NCBI RefSeq assembly: GCF_000281045.1
Contig: NW_008246068.1
Location: 870,371 to 922,706 of the forward strand
DNA length: 52,336 nucleotides
Direction: 5' to 3'
Source: Saprolegnia diclina VS20
Taxonomy: Eukaryota
Shown: in pieces, positions 1 to 12,866 of the stretch
Layout of the letters: the number at the start of each line of letters is the position of its first letter
How positions within the stretch are numbered: position 1 is the first letter of the stretch
Notes under the pieces: model-generated
What the model was told of the DNA's origin: nothing
The model's input: the letters and a program-made list of their open reading frames with translations, nothing else
Database searches by the model: none
Made by a program: the position numbers and the translations under genes

Positions 1-3000
1 ACCGTCGAGACGAATGGCAGCGGAGGCAACGCACAGAGGACACGGCGACTCGTGACGTTGGTGGCAGCTACGGTAGTGACGACCTTGTCGACCACTTGAA
101 TCACGCACATGAGCGGGACGGATTCGTTTGGAAAGGCCCAGCCGGAGACGACGACAGTACTTGGTGTCGACGATGCGATAACAACTGGCTCGACATGAAC
201 GATCGCGGGCTCTTGAATGTACTGTATAGAAAAGGGACCATCGTGCGAGACGGGAACGTCGACGTCGAGGTACAATGCCGCCGGAAGGCTGCCCGAGGGC
301 TGCGCAGGCGCCATGCAAAACACGCAGGACGCATTGGCTACTGAGACAGCAGCGGTGGCCGCACCAAAGAGACAGTGCATTCGAGGACTGTAGGGCAACG
401 ACGGCGCCCCGCAAAACGTGACCCGCGTCGACCCATCCAAATTGGCAACCAATGGCGTCATCGAGATGCGCCGTGGGGCCGCCACCACATGAAGCTCGAA
501 GACGGTATCGGCAAAGATGGGCACCACCGAGACGTTGTAAACAACCACCGAGACGTTGTAAACACCGGGTTGGACAATGAAGACGCTGCAGGCAATGCGA
601 TCTTGCGAGTCGAGAATCGCGGCCACGTACATCTCGACGGGGCCTTGGAGGCGGCACTGCATTCGGGGTCCTCTCGGTCCTGCCAGCAGCTTCATTGTGG
701 CCAATAAAGAGCCTTCAAACACAAGCGACGTTGTCTGGTTGGCTACTTGCAACGTTGGCGTCATGGTCGTCACGACGCCCGTGCTTGTCAGGACGGTGAC
801 GACAACGTCTGCGATAGGTTGGAACTGAAACCCATCTGTGGTGGACAAGGCGATCGCAAACGTCCCTGGTGTCGTCGGCACGGGGCATTCTGCGACGGAG
901 TCCGACACCACGGCGCATGACAAGCTGGACGACGACGCACCATACATCACAAGCAGCGTCGGACCGAGGTGGCTGCCCGATATATGGATCAAGGACCCCA
1001 TCGGCACGACTTGCGGCGAGACACTTACCACCACGGGCGGTGCCACGACGGTCCAGGAGTGGTCCGCCAGAAGAGCTCCCGACGCCGTCTCGAGTGTCAA
1101 TGAGACGTGACCTAGCGTCGAAAGCACGGGTACTTGACACTGCGCCGTGTTCTCCGAGCTGGCAACAACGGGCATCGACATGGTGCGGTTGAAGTTGCAG
1201 AAGACGGGCGACGCAGTTGCGAGCCGCACGCCTCGCAGCAAGAGCACACTCCCAGTGTAATTGACGTACGACGCTGTCACGTTGGGGGACACGGAGAGAA
1301 TCGAGGCTGGGAGCGATCGCGCTACGGTTTTGGTGTGCACTGGTCGGTCGTTGCACCATAACGTCAGCGTCACATTCGGCGATATCATCGTGGACGGTAA
1401 GACACATTGCACCGACGTCGCATCGACGCTGATGGCTGGTACGCGGTCGGCATCGTTGACGGCGCACAACAGTGGCACCGATGCACCGTACTGCCCATAG
1501 AACGTCACGAGAGGGTCGTCCACAGTGACCATCGAGTCGCTTACAACGATTCTCTGGCACGGATCGGTCATGAGCACCACTGTCGACGGCAACGGCGCGC
1601 CGTTGTACCACAAAGTCAAGGCGCTGGGCGCATCGAGACCGGCGCTCGGACAGCGCAGCACGCTCGGTCGGTCGTACGTCGAGGTTACCATCGTCGGCGT
1701 GGTTGCAGTTGACGAAGCAATGGCGCACTCATACGCACGCACCGACGCATTGACATCCAAAGCGATTGTCCACCCGCTTGGTCCCGACGGCACCGCCTGT
1801 ACTTGCGTAGGAAAGGCGAGGACCTCGAATGCAAGCAAGGTGGAGGCGCGTTCGTCGTCGTTCCAGCTCACACTGACTCGGACGCTGGCTTCGTGCAGGA
1901 GCGGCGGTGCCGTGCACTGCAGCGCCGAGCTGTTGAGCACGCGAGCACGGACGACTGTAGCGTCAAAGTGACAGCACCAGCTCGTCGCATCCACAAAGTT
2001 GGTGCCGCGCACGACAACGTCTTGGTACTGCGCCACGAGACCAAAAGACGGTGCAATCGAATGCAGCTGCACACGTGCGAGGTACGTTAATGGTCGTGGA
2101 GCGCTTGACGAAGCAAAGCCATCGAAACTGACGTCGACGAACACGACACCGGGCGCATGCGGTGGGGCCGCGCAGACAAAGGTTCCATCGGGTCGTCGAT
2201 GACCCGACACGATCTCGCCATCGATGCGACACGACAGTTGTGGCGGCGCTGGGGTGGCTGTGATGCGCAGCAAGGTGCCGCCAGCTTCGCCAATCAAGTT
2301 TGGACCAACGTCAAATGATGCGATTGGGCGCAGCACCGTGACACTGAAGCTTGCTATGCTTTCGAAGTTCTTGGCAAGCCACAGCTCGTGGGATCCCAGC
2401 AGCTGACCAAAGGATAAGTTGGAGCAGCCACCAGTGCTGTTGCTTAACACGACGAGCGGTACGTCGTTCGGGCATGTTAGCCCGTATGCTGATACATCCT
2501 TGTCGAACGTCAAGACCACCGACACTGGCGATACGGCCGACGACGACACAAAAGCCGGGTACGTCGCAAGGACCGAGACGGAGGGAAGGATCGTCAACAC
2601 AGTAGGCGACGGAATGACCCGCCCTTCGTAGACAAGCGAGACCGCGACCGTTGTCGCCGTTGCAACGGCTGGGGCAACACACTGCAACGCGGATGGGTTG
2701 AGCACTAGCGCCGGCGAGAGCGCACCTTGAAAGCTACAGGCGAGCGTCGACGCGCGCAACGCCGTCGGGAAATAACCCTCGAGACGCACGGTCGTTCGGT
2801 GCCCGACGACGCCGTCGCGAGGCGCGATACCGTGCACCCGGGCATCCGGTGCGTACAAGAAGGACACGGCATTTGAAAACGTCACGCGGTTGCTCGTCAG
2901 CAGGATCGCAACGTTTGACGGACCAGAGTTCCATCGTACGCTGCACGACACGGCGGTCGCATTGAGCACCGTCCCGATGACGTACATGCCTTGGTAGAAG

Positions 3001-6000
3001 CACTCGACCGGGTCTTGTCGCCGAAACGGACCACCGAGAAGCGTGAGGACTTCGGTTGCTGTAAAGCCGACGGCCGGAACGACGGCACGCAGCGTCATCG
3101 GTTGTACTACCTCGAGGGGCACCGACGACGACGCATCAACGCCATTCCATAGCACCCATAGGTCGTACGCGCCGGCGATCGGCACAGCGGGGAGGTGGCA
3201 CACGAGTGTCGACACATTGATGTACGCAGCTGGTATCGTTGATGGTGGCTGCGTCCCGAGACCGCACGCCACGCTTGAGGACTGGGCCACGGGGAAGGCG
3301 TCGCCCAGAATCAGTACGGAGGTCGACACGTTTGTTGTCACTGGACGCAACGGTTGACGGCTGGCGATGCGTGGGACGTCGTAGTACGTGTAGCGCCAGC
3401 CGTCTTGGACACGCTGGTCGCCCCACGTGATTGCAAGCGATACCGTCTGTGGCGCCGAGATAGCCGGTGCCAAACAGCTCAGAGTCATATCGTCCACGAT
3501 CGTTGCAGAAGTCGTCAGCTCGCCAAACCGACATTTCCAAAAGCCAGCCGAGAGTGTTCGAAAGCCGGCGCCGCGAACGACGACGGGTGTTGACCCTCGC
3601 ACGTCTCCACCGGTCGGGCTCGCAACGTCAACGCTTGGCGACGACGCGATGACAAAGCCGAGCTCATTGGCTGACAAGAGCGTGCCGTCGGCGCTCGTCA
3701 ATGCAACACTGTACGTGTCAGGTACAAGCTGTGGCGGAATAGGGCAGTCGAGTGCCGTTGTCGAGTACGTCACGGCTGCCACGAGGGTGCTGCCGCCCGT
3801 GCTGGCTGCTTGAAACGCGCAGCTAAACGCTTGAAGCGAAAAGCCAAAGACGCGGACCATCGCCGTGGGCGGGAGCGGGTACAACGCGGTGGTCGGCGCC
3901 AAATGCGACAAGAGCATCGGCGGCGCAACGTCGAACGCCAGCGGCAAACTCCAGTCGTGGGAGTTCCACGACAAGGCGAGCTCTAAACGACCGGGATGAC
4001 TTTGCTGCTCAGAAAACGGACACGACACGGTCGTTGCGCCTTCGATGACACCGACAACCGTCCAGGCGACGGAATCTGCGTGGTACCGGCAGAGCACCGT
4101 GTCAAGTGGGCTCACCTCGGCCACTCGCACCCGAATCGGACCTGGAAACGTACGGGGCACAACCACGGGCGACACGAGGTGTATCAAGATGGGCGGGTCC
4201 GTGTACGTGTAGTAGAGAGCTGCGCTCACGAGGACACCGTTCAATGCCACGGCGACTGCCACCGTAGTGGGTGACGCAACCATGGGTGAGGTACACGCTA
4301 AATACGTGGCATTCTGCGACGTCGGGACAACCGTGCGATGGCCAAAGAGGCATGTGGCGGTAGGCGGGAATGCGCTGCCACGTAGCTCGATCGTCGTTCC
4401 GCCTTGCAGAGCGCCGTTGACGGGGGTGAGTTCGGAGAGCGTTGACGCCGGCAGAACGCTATACGTTATCGTGTTTGGGCCTGCGACACGTTCGCCGCTA
4501 AACCATAGCTGCAGTTCGAACTCGCCAAGCGACAGTTGCAACGGGACGGGACAGTCGACAAGGGTCGTCGACTGCCAGCGCCCCATCGACGAATAGCGCT
4601 CGCCAAAGTAGCAGACGTAGTCTCCGACGTCGACAAACCCGGTACCCGATACGTGAAGCACGGAGGATGCACCGGTATTGACGCCGACGACGGGCGCAAT
4701 GGCCGCCACGGATGGCGGCGGGACAAGCCAGTACAAGAGCGCGTTCGAGACGAGCACATCCGTTGCTATAGCAATCTTATGGCTCGTTGCAACTGCCGTC
4801 GTTGGCACAATGCACGTGCCTGTCGTGGCGTTGAGTACTGTTAGCGGAAGCGAGAGGGTAGCATCCACGTCACACGTGTACACCATCGAGCGGTTGAAGG
4901 TCGAGTGCAGAGTGACAAGCCCCGCGCTTCCATACGGAGCAACACGTGGCTGCAGCGTCGCCAGCCTTAGTGTGGACGCAGCAATGTCGACTGGCGGCGA
5001 GAACTCGCGGCCGTTGTTCGAGACGGCGACGGTCGTGACCGACACGAGTGGTCGGGGGCAGACCACATGCGAGCGGTTCACCACCAAGCCAGGCACAAGG
5101 CGAGTCGCGTCAAAGAGACACGTTAGGTCGTCGCTTCCGAGATACGAGTCAAGCACGAGTACTAGGCCTGTGCCGCCCGTGGCGACCACTGGCGCGACAA
5201 TGGTCGGCACCGCAGCGTACGTGTACGAGATGCTCGACACGAGAGCGTCGACACCATTGAGACGAAGCGCAATCAAAACGGTAGCCGACCCTGCGTCCAG
5301 CATCGAGGGAGCGACGCAAGCAATGGTCGTCGGCGACACCCACTGTGCTGGCACAACCGCGGATCCAAAGACGCACTGCAAAAGATGCGTGTCAATAAAC
5401 CCGGTGCCGTAAAGCGTGACGAGAGTGCCGCCTCGAGGTACGCCGTTCGTCGGCACGATAGCAACTACATTGGGATCGATTACGTACCGAAACGCGACTG
5501 AGCTCGATACACCAGCGACACTGACGCTGGCAACGGTTGGTTGCGACGCCGGTGCGGGCGGCGCGACACACGAGACAACCGACTTGTTCCAGAAATGGCC
5601 CGGCACCTCGAGAACCTGGTAGCCAAAATCAAAAGTACAGTTGCCAGGTGCCGTGGGCAGCGACGTGCCATGAAGAAAGAGTTGGGTGCCCCCAGCGACG
5701 CTACCGCTGAGAGGGACCGTTCGCACGATGGCACCCGGGACAGTCGTTGAAAACAAGCATGGCGTCGACACCACGGTCGAATCGTCGAGCAAGAGCGACA
5801 GACGCGCCGTGACACCCAATGGCAGACGCGGTGCAGTGCACACGAGGAGCGTCCCATTGGCTCGTGCGGCGGGCGATACGACCGAGATATTGGCCGCGTC
5901 AAACTGACACGCGGTTCGGAATGCAGATGCTTCCGCCAAGTGCAACTCGAGAGCAGAGCCTTCCACACCGGACGAAAGAGGGCAGCGCGCTAGCGTCGGT

Positions 6001-9000
6001 GGCACGGCGACGACAATCGGATGCGGCGCTTCAAAGCCCTCGTGGCCGTTGATCGTGATGCGCAGCGTCACACGTTGCGGTGGCGAGAGAGGCGGGAAGA
6101 TGCAGAGGATGCTGGAGCTGTTGAGCCACTGTGTGACAAGTGGTTGTGCCACCGCAGCATCCGAGATGGCCACGCACTGCAAGACCGACGCGTCTCGAAA
6201 CCCAGTGCCCGAGACGACCACTGGCGTAGAGTGGTTGGTGGCGACTACGCGTGGCGAGATGTTTGCTACGATCGGCACCGGTACCAGTTCGAACCCGACG
6301 CTGTTGGTCGCCATATCATCGTTCTCACTCGACAGCCATTCTAGCGAGAGGGCGGCGACACCAGGCTTGGCAGTCAGCGGCGTCGAGCACAGAACGGCAG
6401 TCGTTCCGTTCATTATGCCTTGGGTACGGACATCACCAAAGCGGCACGACACGTTCACAATTGATTCGGGAAAGCCAGTGCCGACCACCGACACGAGAGC
6501 TCCGCCACGGGTGGTTGCAAAGCTCGGGACGACGGCCGAAATGCGCGCCGCGGCCGCCACCGACACGACAAGGTTGGACGCCAGTAGCGACACACCGCCG
6601 TCCAAACTGATGGTGACAGACACATTCTGCAGCGACGTCGACGTGTTGGGCGCCTGGCAGAGGACCCGCGACGGAGACTCAATGATCGCTGATGTGCGAA
6701 AGGCACCGATCCAGCACACTGCGGCACCCGGTGGTGCCATTCCCGCGCCCGTCATTGAAAACCAATGTCCAGCGGCGACGCGCGTCGCAGAGAGCTCGAG
6801 GAGGCGTGGGGCCGACCATGCAAACCCCGAGCTCCACTCTTGGCCGTTCCAGCTCAGCAGGACGGATGTAATCGCTGTCAGCTGCCCAGCATCGAGAAGA
6901 GGACATGCCACCGTGCCCGCCGCGTGCCACGATCCGACGACTTGCGTCGTGGCATTGTTGAAGCCGCAGAAGATACGGGAGGACGGTACGGGGTCCGGAA
7001 CACTGCATTTGACAAACACGACGTCTTGGGACGCTTGCACGGCGGTCACGCGTGGCGGTGATACAACTGTGAACCCGCCCGGTGCGAGCACCGACTCGTT
7101 CGTCCTCGTGTCCAAGATGGCGAGTGACGAGTCCGTGCTCACGCCCGCCGATGGCCAACACGACATTTCGGATGCACTGAAGACAATTGCACGCGTCGCG
7201 CCCGTAGCAAAGACGCAGTCGTAAGCACCGTCGAGTTGAAAACCTGAGCCATAGACGCGGAGAAGCGTCGAGACGGACCCACACGATGGAGACACCTCGA
7301 GGACGATCAATGGTGCGACGATCGTATACTGCGTGGACAAGACAATCACGCCGAGCGCTTGGACGACGACCGGGGTCGTTACGGGCGCGACGACTGTCGG
7401 TGGCAGCGTCGGCACCTCGCATTTCATAGTCGTGTCGTTGAACGCTGCGATTGGTCGCACGATGTCCCCCGATACAAACTGAAAGACGCAGGCATACACG
7501 CTCGCATTCCCAGGTGACGGACGTTGAAACAAGAGACTGGCGCCCGGACGCCCGGACGATGGCGAAACGAGCGTGACCGTCGCATTGGTGATGTTCATAA
7601 ATACCAATGGAAACGCGCCCAAGGTGACATTTTGCAGCATAAGAGACACCGACACCGTCCCAGTCGTTGGCCACGATGGCGCGACGCACGCGACATTAGT
7701 TGGGGACAAGGCCTCGACGCTCGTGGTGACGCCAGGCGCGTCCCCAAATCGACACGCAAGCTGGTTGGTTGGCGGAGGGATATCCACCACGTCGATCGTA
7801 AAAATGATACGACGACCACCCAATGTCGGCACAACGGTAGGAGCCATCGCCGTTGCCGTCCACCCGGCGCTGGAGTGAATCGCCAAAGTGTTGAGACTGT
7901 AGACGGCGCCGTTGAGACTCAACGCGATCCTTGCGAGTAGCGTCGTTCTGCGTGAAGCGATGTTGAGGACAGGAACAGTACACGTTACCGAGGTTGCATT
8001 GAGCACCGTTGTCGTCGCCGGAACGCCGTTGAAGAGGACGACGGTGCCGGGCGAGATGGTCGTTGCTTGCAGAACGACGTGTGCACCAGCCGTTCCAACA
8101 GCCGGCTGCAACGACGTGATCAACGACGGTGCCTGGTACGTAAAAAACGTCGGCGCCAGCGTCGCCTGCTGCCCTTGAACGAGCAACGTCACAGCCTGCG
8201 ACATGACGGCGGCGACCGGCGGCGCCACGCACTCGACGGTCGTCGCATTGGTGAGATGCGCAGCTACCACCATCGATCCAAAAAGGCACTGGAGAGACGT
8301 CAGCGGCATCAATGTCGACTCGAGCTGCAGCGTCACCCGAGTCCCCGCAAGGCCCGTCGTCGGCGTCATGGTGCGAATGACGAGGGGCCGATACACGGCG
8401 CACGGGACGGACCACAAGGCTGGACCTTGCCCAAGCTGAATTTGGAGCGTGCTTGCCTGTGCGTCTGTCGATGTGTTGATCGGGACTGGGCATGAAAGCG
8501 TCGATGACGTCCGCAGCGTCGCCGTCGTGACACCGATGCCCGAATAGTTGCAGAGAAGTGGCATGGTACTGTCAACAACGTCAAAGCCAAAGCCGGTGAC
8601 CGTCATCACGGCGTCCGCCCGAGAAACAACCCCCGTTGGCGTCGCTTGCCAGGGCGTGTCGGTGCCGACGATGGCTACGCGATGTCCGTCCTGCGTTGCG
8701 TCAACAGTGTTGAAAGACAACTCGAGTCGCGCCTGCACCGACGTCGTCCACGCCCCGGGAACGTTGCACCTCGTGAGATTGGCATGGATCCAAGTAGCGG
8801 GCACGCGGGCCGTGACACCCAAGTCGGTTGCCCAGACACACTCAGCACCACTGGCCAAAAAGTATACCCCGATAACGTCGACACCTTGATTCCTTGCAGC
8901 AGCCACCAGGGCCGGCTGTAGGCTGAGAATGCGTGGTGTCTCTATACAGTGTTCATCAGCTTGCTGCCTTTAGCATCGTAGCGTCCACAGTAGAACGTAC

Positions 9001-12000
9001 CGTACACCGTAAACGGTACCGAAACGCGGATAGTGTCGAGCTCGTCCAAGACGATAGCAACATGGACTGGGCCAGCTAAGTCGAAGAAGGGCGTGGGGCA
9101 CGAGATACGGAGCACCGACGCCGTCAACGACGCGGACGCTGGCACGACCCACGAAGTGTTGGCGCCAGAGAATGCACACCGCACCGGCACCACTGGTGGC
9201 GCCCCGATGAGCCGCAAGGTGACTTGAAGGTTGGTGTTGCCGCTCGCGGGCCCTCGCTGTGGCGTCATCGAGAGAAAGGACGCTACGACGAAGGTTCACT
9301 TATATGCAGCAGTAAAAATGCATACCTCGCGTGCGCGCCAAAGATAATGAAGTCGACAAGTCTTGGCCGTTGGAGGCGACGGCGACGGTCGTCGCATTTT
9401 CTGGCGCAGAGCACGCAATCACCGATGCGGTTTTATAGGTCGCAGGGACAATATGGCGAGCATCAAAGTTGCACGTCCAGTCCACCGACGGCGGCAAGTT
9501 TACGCCGGCTACCAACACCATTGTGCCGTTGTTGTGCAGCGTGGCTTCGGTGGCGCTCCACGGTGCTAATTGCAATATTGGTGTTAGAAAATCGCAAGTG
9601 AAGTAAGCATACCGTCGTATGTAAAGCGGAGAAGGTTCGACCATTGATCATAGCCATTGGTCACAACAAAGAGTGTCTCGCCTGATGCCCCAGGTGGCGA
9701 AATGCACGATACGACTCCGCCGTCGACGCGCAATGGTACGCGGGCGGCAGGACCAAACTGACAATACCACGCCGATGCATCGCTCAAGCCGGTCGTCGCG
9801 ACCACCACCCGGGTCCCACCCTCCGCCTGGCCGTGGGTGGGTGCAAGCGACGACACAAGAAGCGGTGCATCTACTCAGCAAGCGTCAGCGCCGGCGATAG
9901 GATGCACTCGCACGTACCGATGCGCGACGCATTGGCCATGCTTAGCTGCAAAAAGGTCACGTGTCGCACGCCAAACGCGGCGTCCGTGCTCGCTTCGACC
10001 GAGATGATCTCGGAGCCAAAGTAGAACACATCCCGACGATAGACCAAGGACGCCATCGTTGCGCTGACCGACATCGACGTACCCGACACGCGCAACGCCC
10101 GTGCCGACGATGTGACGACGGTGGCACCGGGCGCCGCCTCGAGCTGCAGTTGGCCCCATTCCGAGAAGGCTTGGAGACGAAGGTATAGTAGAGTTGCCGT
10201 GTCTGCGTACGTGACGAGGTACCCTTGCAGTTGAGCCTGCAACTGGCTCACGTCAATGCTTGGGCGATCGTTGACGGCGGTGACAGTGATGGGCCAAGCC
10301 GCGGTGGCGAGAAGCCCCGACGCCACGTTTTCAACGACAACGTCGAGGCTCTCGGCGTGCTGGAGCGAGTTGAAGTCGTCATCGGGCGTGTACACAAGTA
10401 CTGCGAGTGCGCGGTTGACATCCTGGAGCGACCCTGTGAAGTGCATCATGGCGTCCTTTCGACCCGAACCTCTCGCAAATGACAAGTTGCTTGTCGAAGA
10501 AAGCGAGACGAGACCGCTGGCGACACGCAAGGCGACCGCAATGGTTTGTGGTACAAGCCCGAGTACCGAGTACGAGACCTCGTCACCGACGATGCGCAGC
10601 CCAGTGATCGCACCCGTCGCACCTTCTGCGATGGCCGTTTGGCCCAGCGGCAGCGTAATCGTCGGCGCGACCGGCGTGTAGTGCATCGCTACGACCACGG
10701 TCGTGGGCGCTGGAAACGTCGGCTCGATCAAGTACATGGTCTGGTCTTGGACCGCCATCGTAAGCGTTGCATTGCCAAACCAGTTGGTCGGCGGTGTGTA
10801 CACTATATTCGAGAGCACGCGATTCACATCCAGCAGCGGACCCTTGAGCAGCGTTGTCGTTGCCGAGGGCGTCGATACCGTGACCGTCGACGGCGCGGGA
10901 GGCAGAGCAATCGTGCCATGGTCGACGCTACACGAAACGACAATCGGGTAGTTGAACGACGTGTTGGTGTGGTCGACAACCGCGATCGCGTCCGGCGGCA
11001 GCCGTAGTGCTTGGTTCTGGTGCCCCAAAAGGACCGGTGCCGAGGCCACCACCGTCGGTGTGTTGATCCACGAGTCCATGTGCACGCGAAGCGAGAAGCT
11101 TTCGTGGCCTTCGGTGATCGCGTTCATGATCGTGATGATGTCGCCAGGCTCGAGCCCGTCTTGGTACATCCATTGAAGCTTGACCGTGTGCGGACCCGGA
11201 AACAGCTGCAGCGCCAGCGACGCCTGCGCAATCTGGTTGCCACGGGCTGCCCCCGCGACCCGGGCCGCGCTGCTCGTGTACGGAATCGAGTCGACGAGGA
11301 GACGTGCGCTCACGGCGCCCGCGTCAAACTGCGAGAACGAGTTGAAATACGGGTTGTTGAGCATCTGGATTGGAAGCAAGTACGTGAGGAGGACGGTCGT
11401 GACGGCCCCCACAACGTTGAACGGGACGGCCGACCCGACGTCGAACCACTTTGTGCGCGGTACCGACAGCACGGTCGTGTCGACTTGGTAGGATTCGATC
11501 GTCGTCGGCGCTTGCGCAATGACCGCGAGGAGCCGCCCCATGAGAAAGCCGTCGCCGGTCGTCGGAAGCGACCGCCAAGACCGCCCGGACGGTGACTGGA
11601 GGCGCAAAAGCAGCTGCACCGAGTACTCGCCGGCAGGTAGCGTGAGTGCGACATCGGAGAGGAGCGCGTTGGGTTGGGTAAACTTGGCTTGGGTCGAATA
11701 CGTAGCGCGCGTTGCGTCGTTCAGTACGTTGTTGATCGACAAGATCGTGTCGACGCGATCGATGTCCGACCCGACTACATACGTCACTAGACTCAAACCT
11801 AGATCTTGGATTCAGCATGGTACCGCCGGTGAGGGGCATCGCATCCGGTCGCAGCGGCAGATTGTAGAGAAAGCGTAGTGGCGTCGGCGTCGGCAGCGAC
11901 ACTGAGAGAGACATGCCCGGGACGCTGACATATGCTGCAGTCGGCTCCATTGCTATCGAATACAGCGGCTGCGTATACCACACGTACGAGTGCTGCGCCG

Positions 12001-12526
12001 CCGCAATGAGCGAGCACGCGCCCGAGAAGCCCGTGTCGACCGTCGGGTCGATGCGCCATGAGGTCACAAAGGTGCCGGTCTTCTTCCATTGCAGCTCGAG
12101 TGTATGGTTGCCGGCGGCGAGCGAAACGACGAGGTAGCCTCCAACGAGCGATGACGCGCCTTGGTAATATCCCGACGATGCGCCCGACGCTCGCATCGGC
12201 GCCCCGTCGACAAGGACGCGGAACGAGACGAGGTCGTCGGCGCCGGGCGGGCGGCTCTTGTCGATGATGGCGACGGGCGGCTGCACTGAATCCGGGTACA
12301 CGGTCGCCGAGTATGTAACAAGCAGCGTCATGGGCAGCGCGAGAAAAGCCGGGATGCTCGCGCCGGGCACGTCGACCCAGCGCCCGGGCGTCTCGAGCGT
12401 CGTCGTCGCCGTCGTCGTCGCACTCCACATCGAGTGCAGAAGGACGTCCGGGACCGTCGCCTCAATGAGCGCTACGAGAAGGAGAACGAGGAGCGCGCTG
12501 TAGGAGGCGCCATGGTACGCGTCCAT
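1..12526 (-). CDS. Giant secreted multidomain surface/adhesin-like protein with IPT/TIG repeats; 3' end lies beyond window start; at least 4,090 aa
   Basis: ATG at 12526 with signal peptide (MDAYHGASYSALLVLLLVALIEA). Frame-preserving GT-AG introns: 11823-11775 (or 11787), 9917-9871, 9612-9566, 9325-9283, 9000-8942. The last exon (8941 to <1) appears to be one open frame: the track has no stop-terminated minus ORF in that frame. It reads as repeated IPT/TIG-like units (e.g. LAPTHGQAEGGTRVVV...WYCQFG...SCISPP...TNG...FTY). Confidence 0.88.
523..564. repeat. 21-bp perfect tandem duplication inside the giant exon
   Basis: ACCACCGAGACGTTGTAAACA at 523-543 and 544-564; multiple of 3, so frame is preserved. 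Confidence 0.95.
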
Positions 12527-12866
12527 GGTGGCGCGGTCGCAAAGTCGTTCGATCTTTCACGCGACCTTTCGACCGCCTCGCATGTGCACATTGATTGGGC
12601 AATGCGAATAAAATATATACATTTCATCCAATGAAGAGCCGCAAGACACTTGGCGTTTGGTGTTGACATGGGAATCTTGATCGTACAACAGTACCTGCAT
12701 CGCCCGAGCACGATTGTGGTTGGCCACAACAATCAGTGCACCTAAGGACATGGCGACACGAGATAAGGGGTGGAAGCGAGATCTCTATTTATGCGGAGCC
12801 TCAAGCCGACGACGCAAGATACCAATGCGGCCTTTTTTGGAACGGTCGCAGTTTCAGAGCCGACCG

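Noticed and set aside
577..8889. Many Thr/Val-rich plus-strand ORFs (e.g. 6049-7224, 4678-5412) and off-frame minus ORFs (715-1728, 6679-7689)
   Set aside because: They are shadows of the giant minus-strand exon, all in fixed register to it and without independent motifs.
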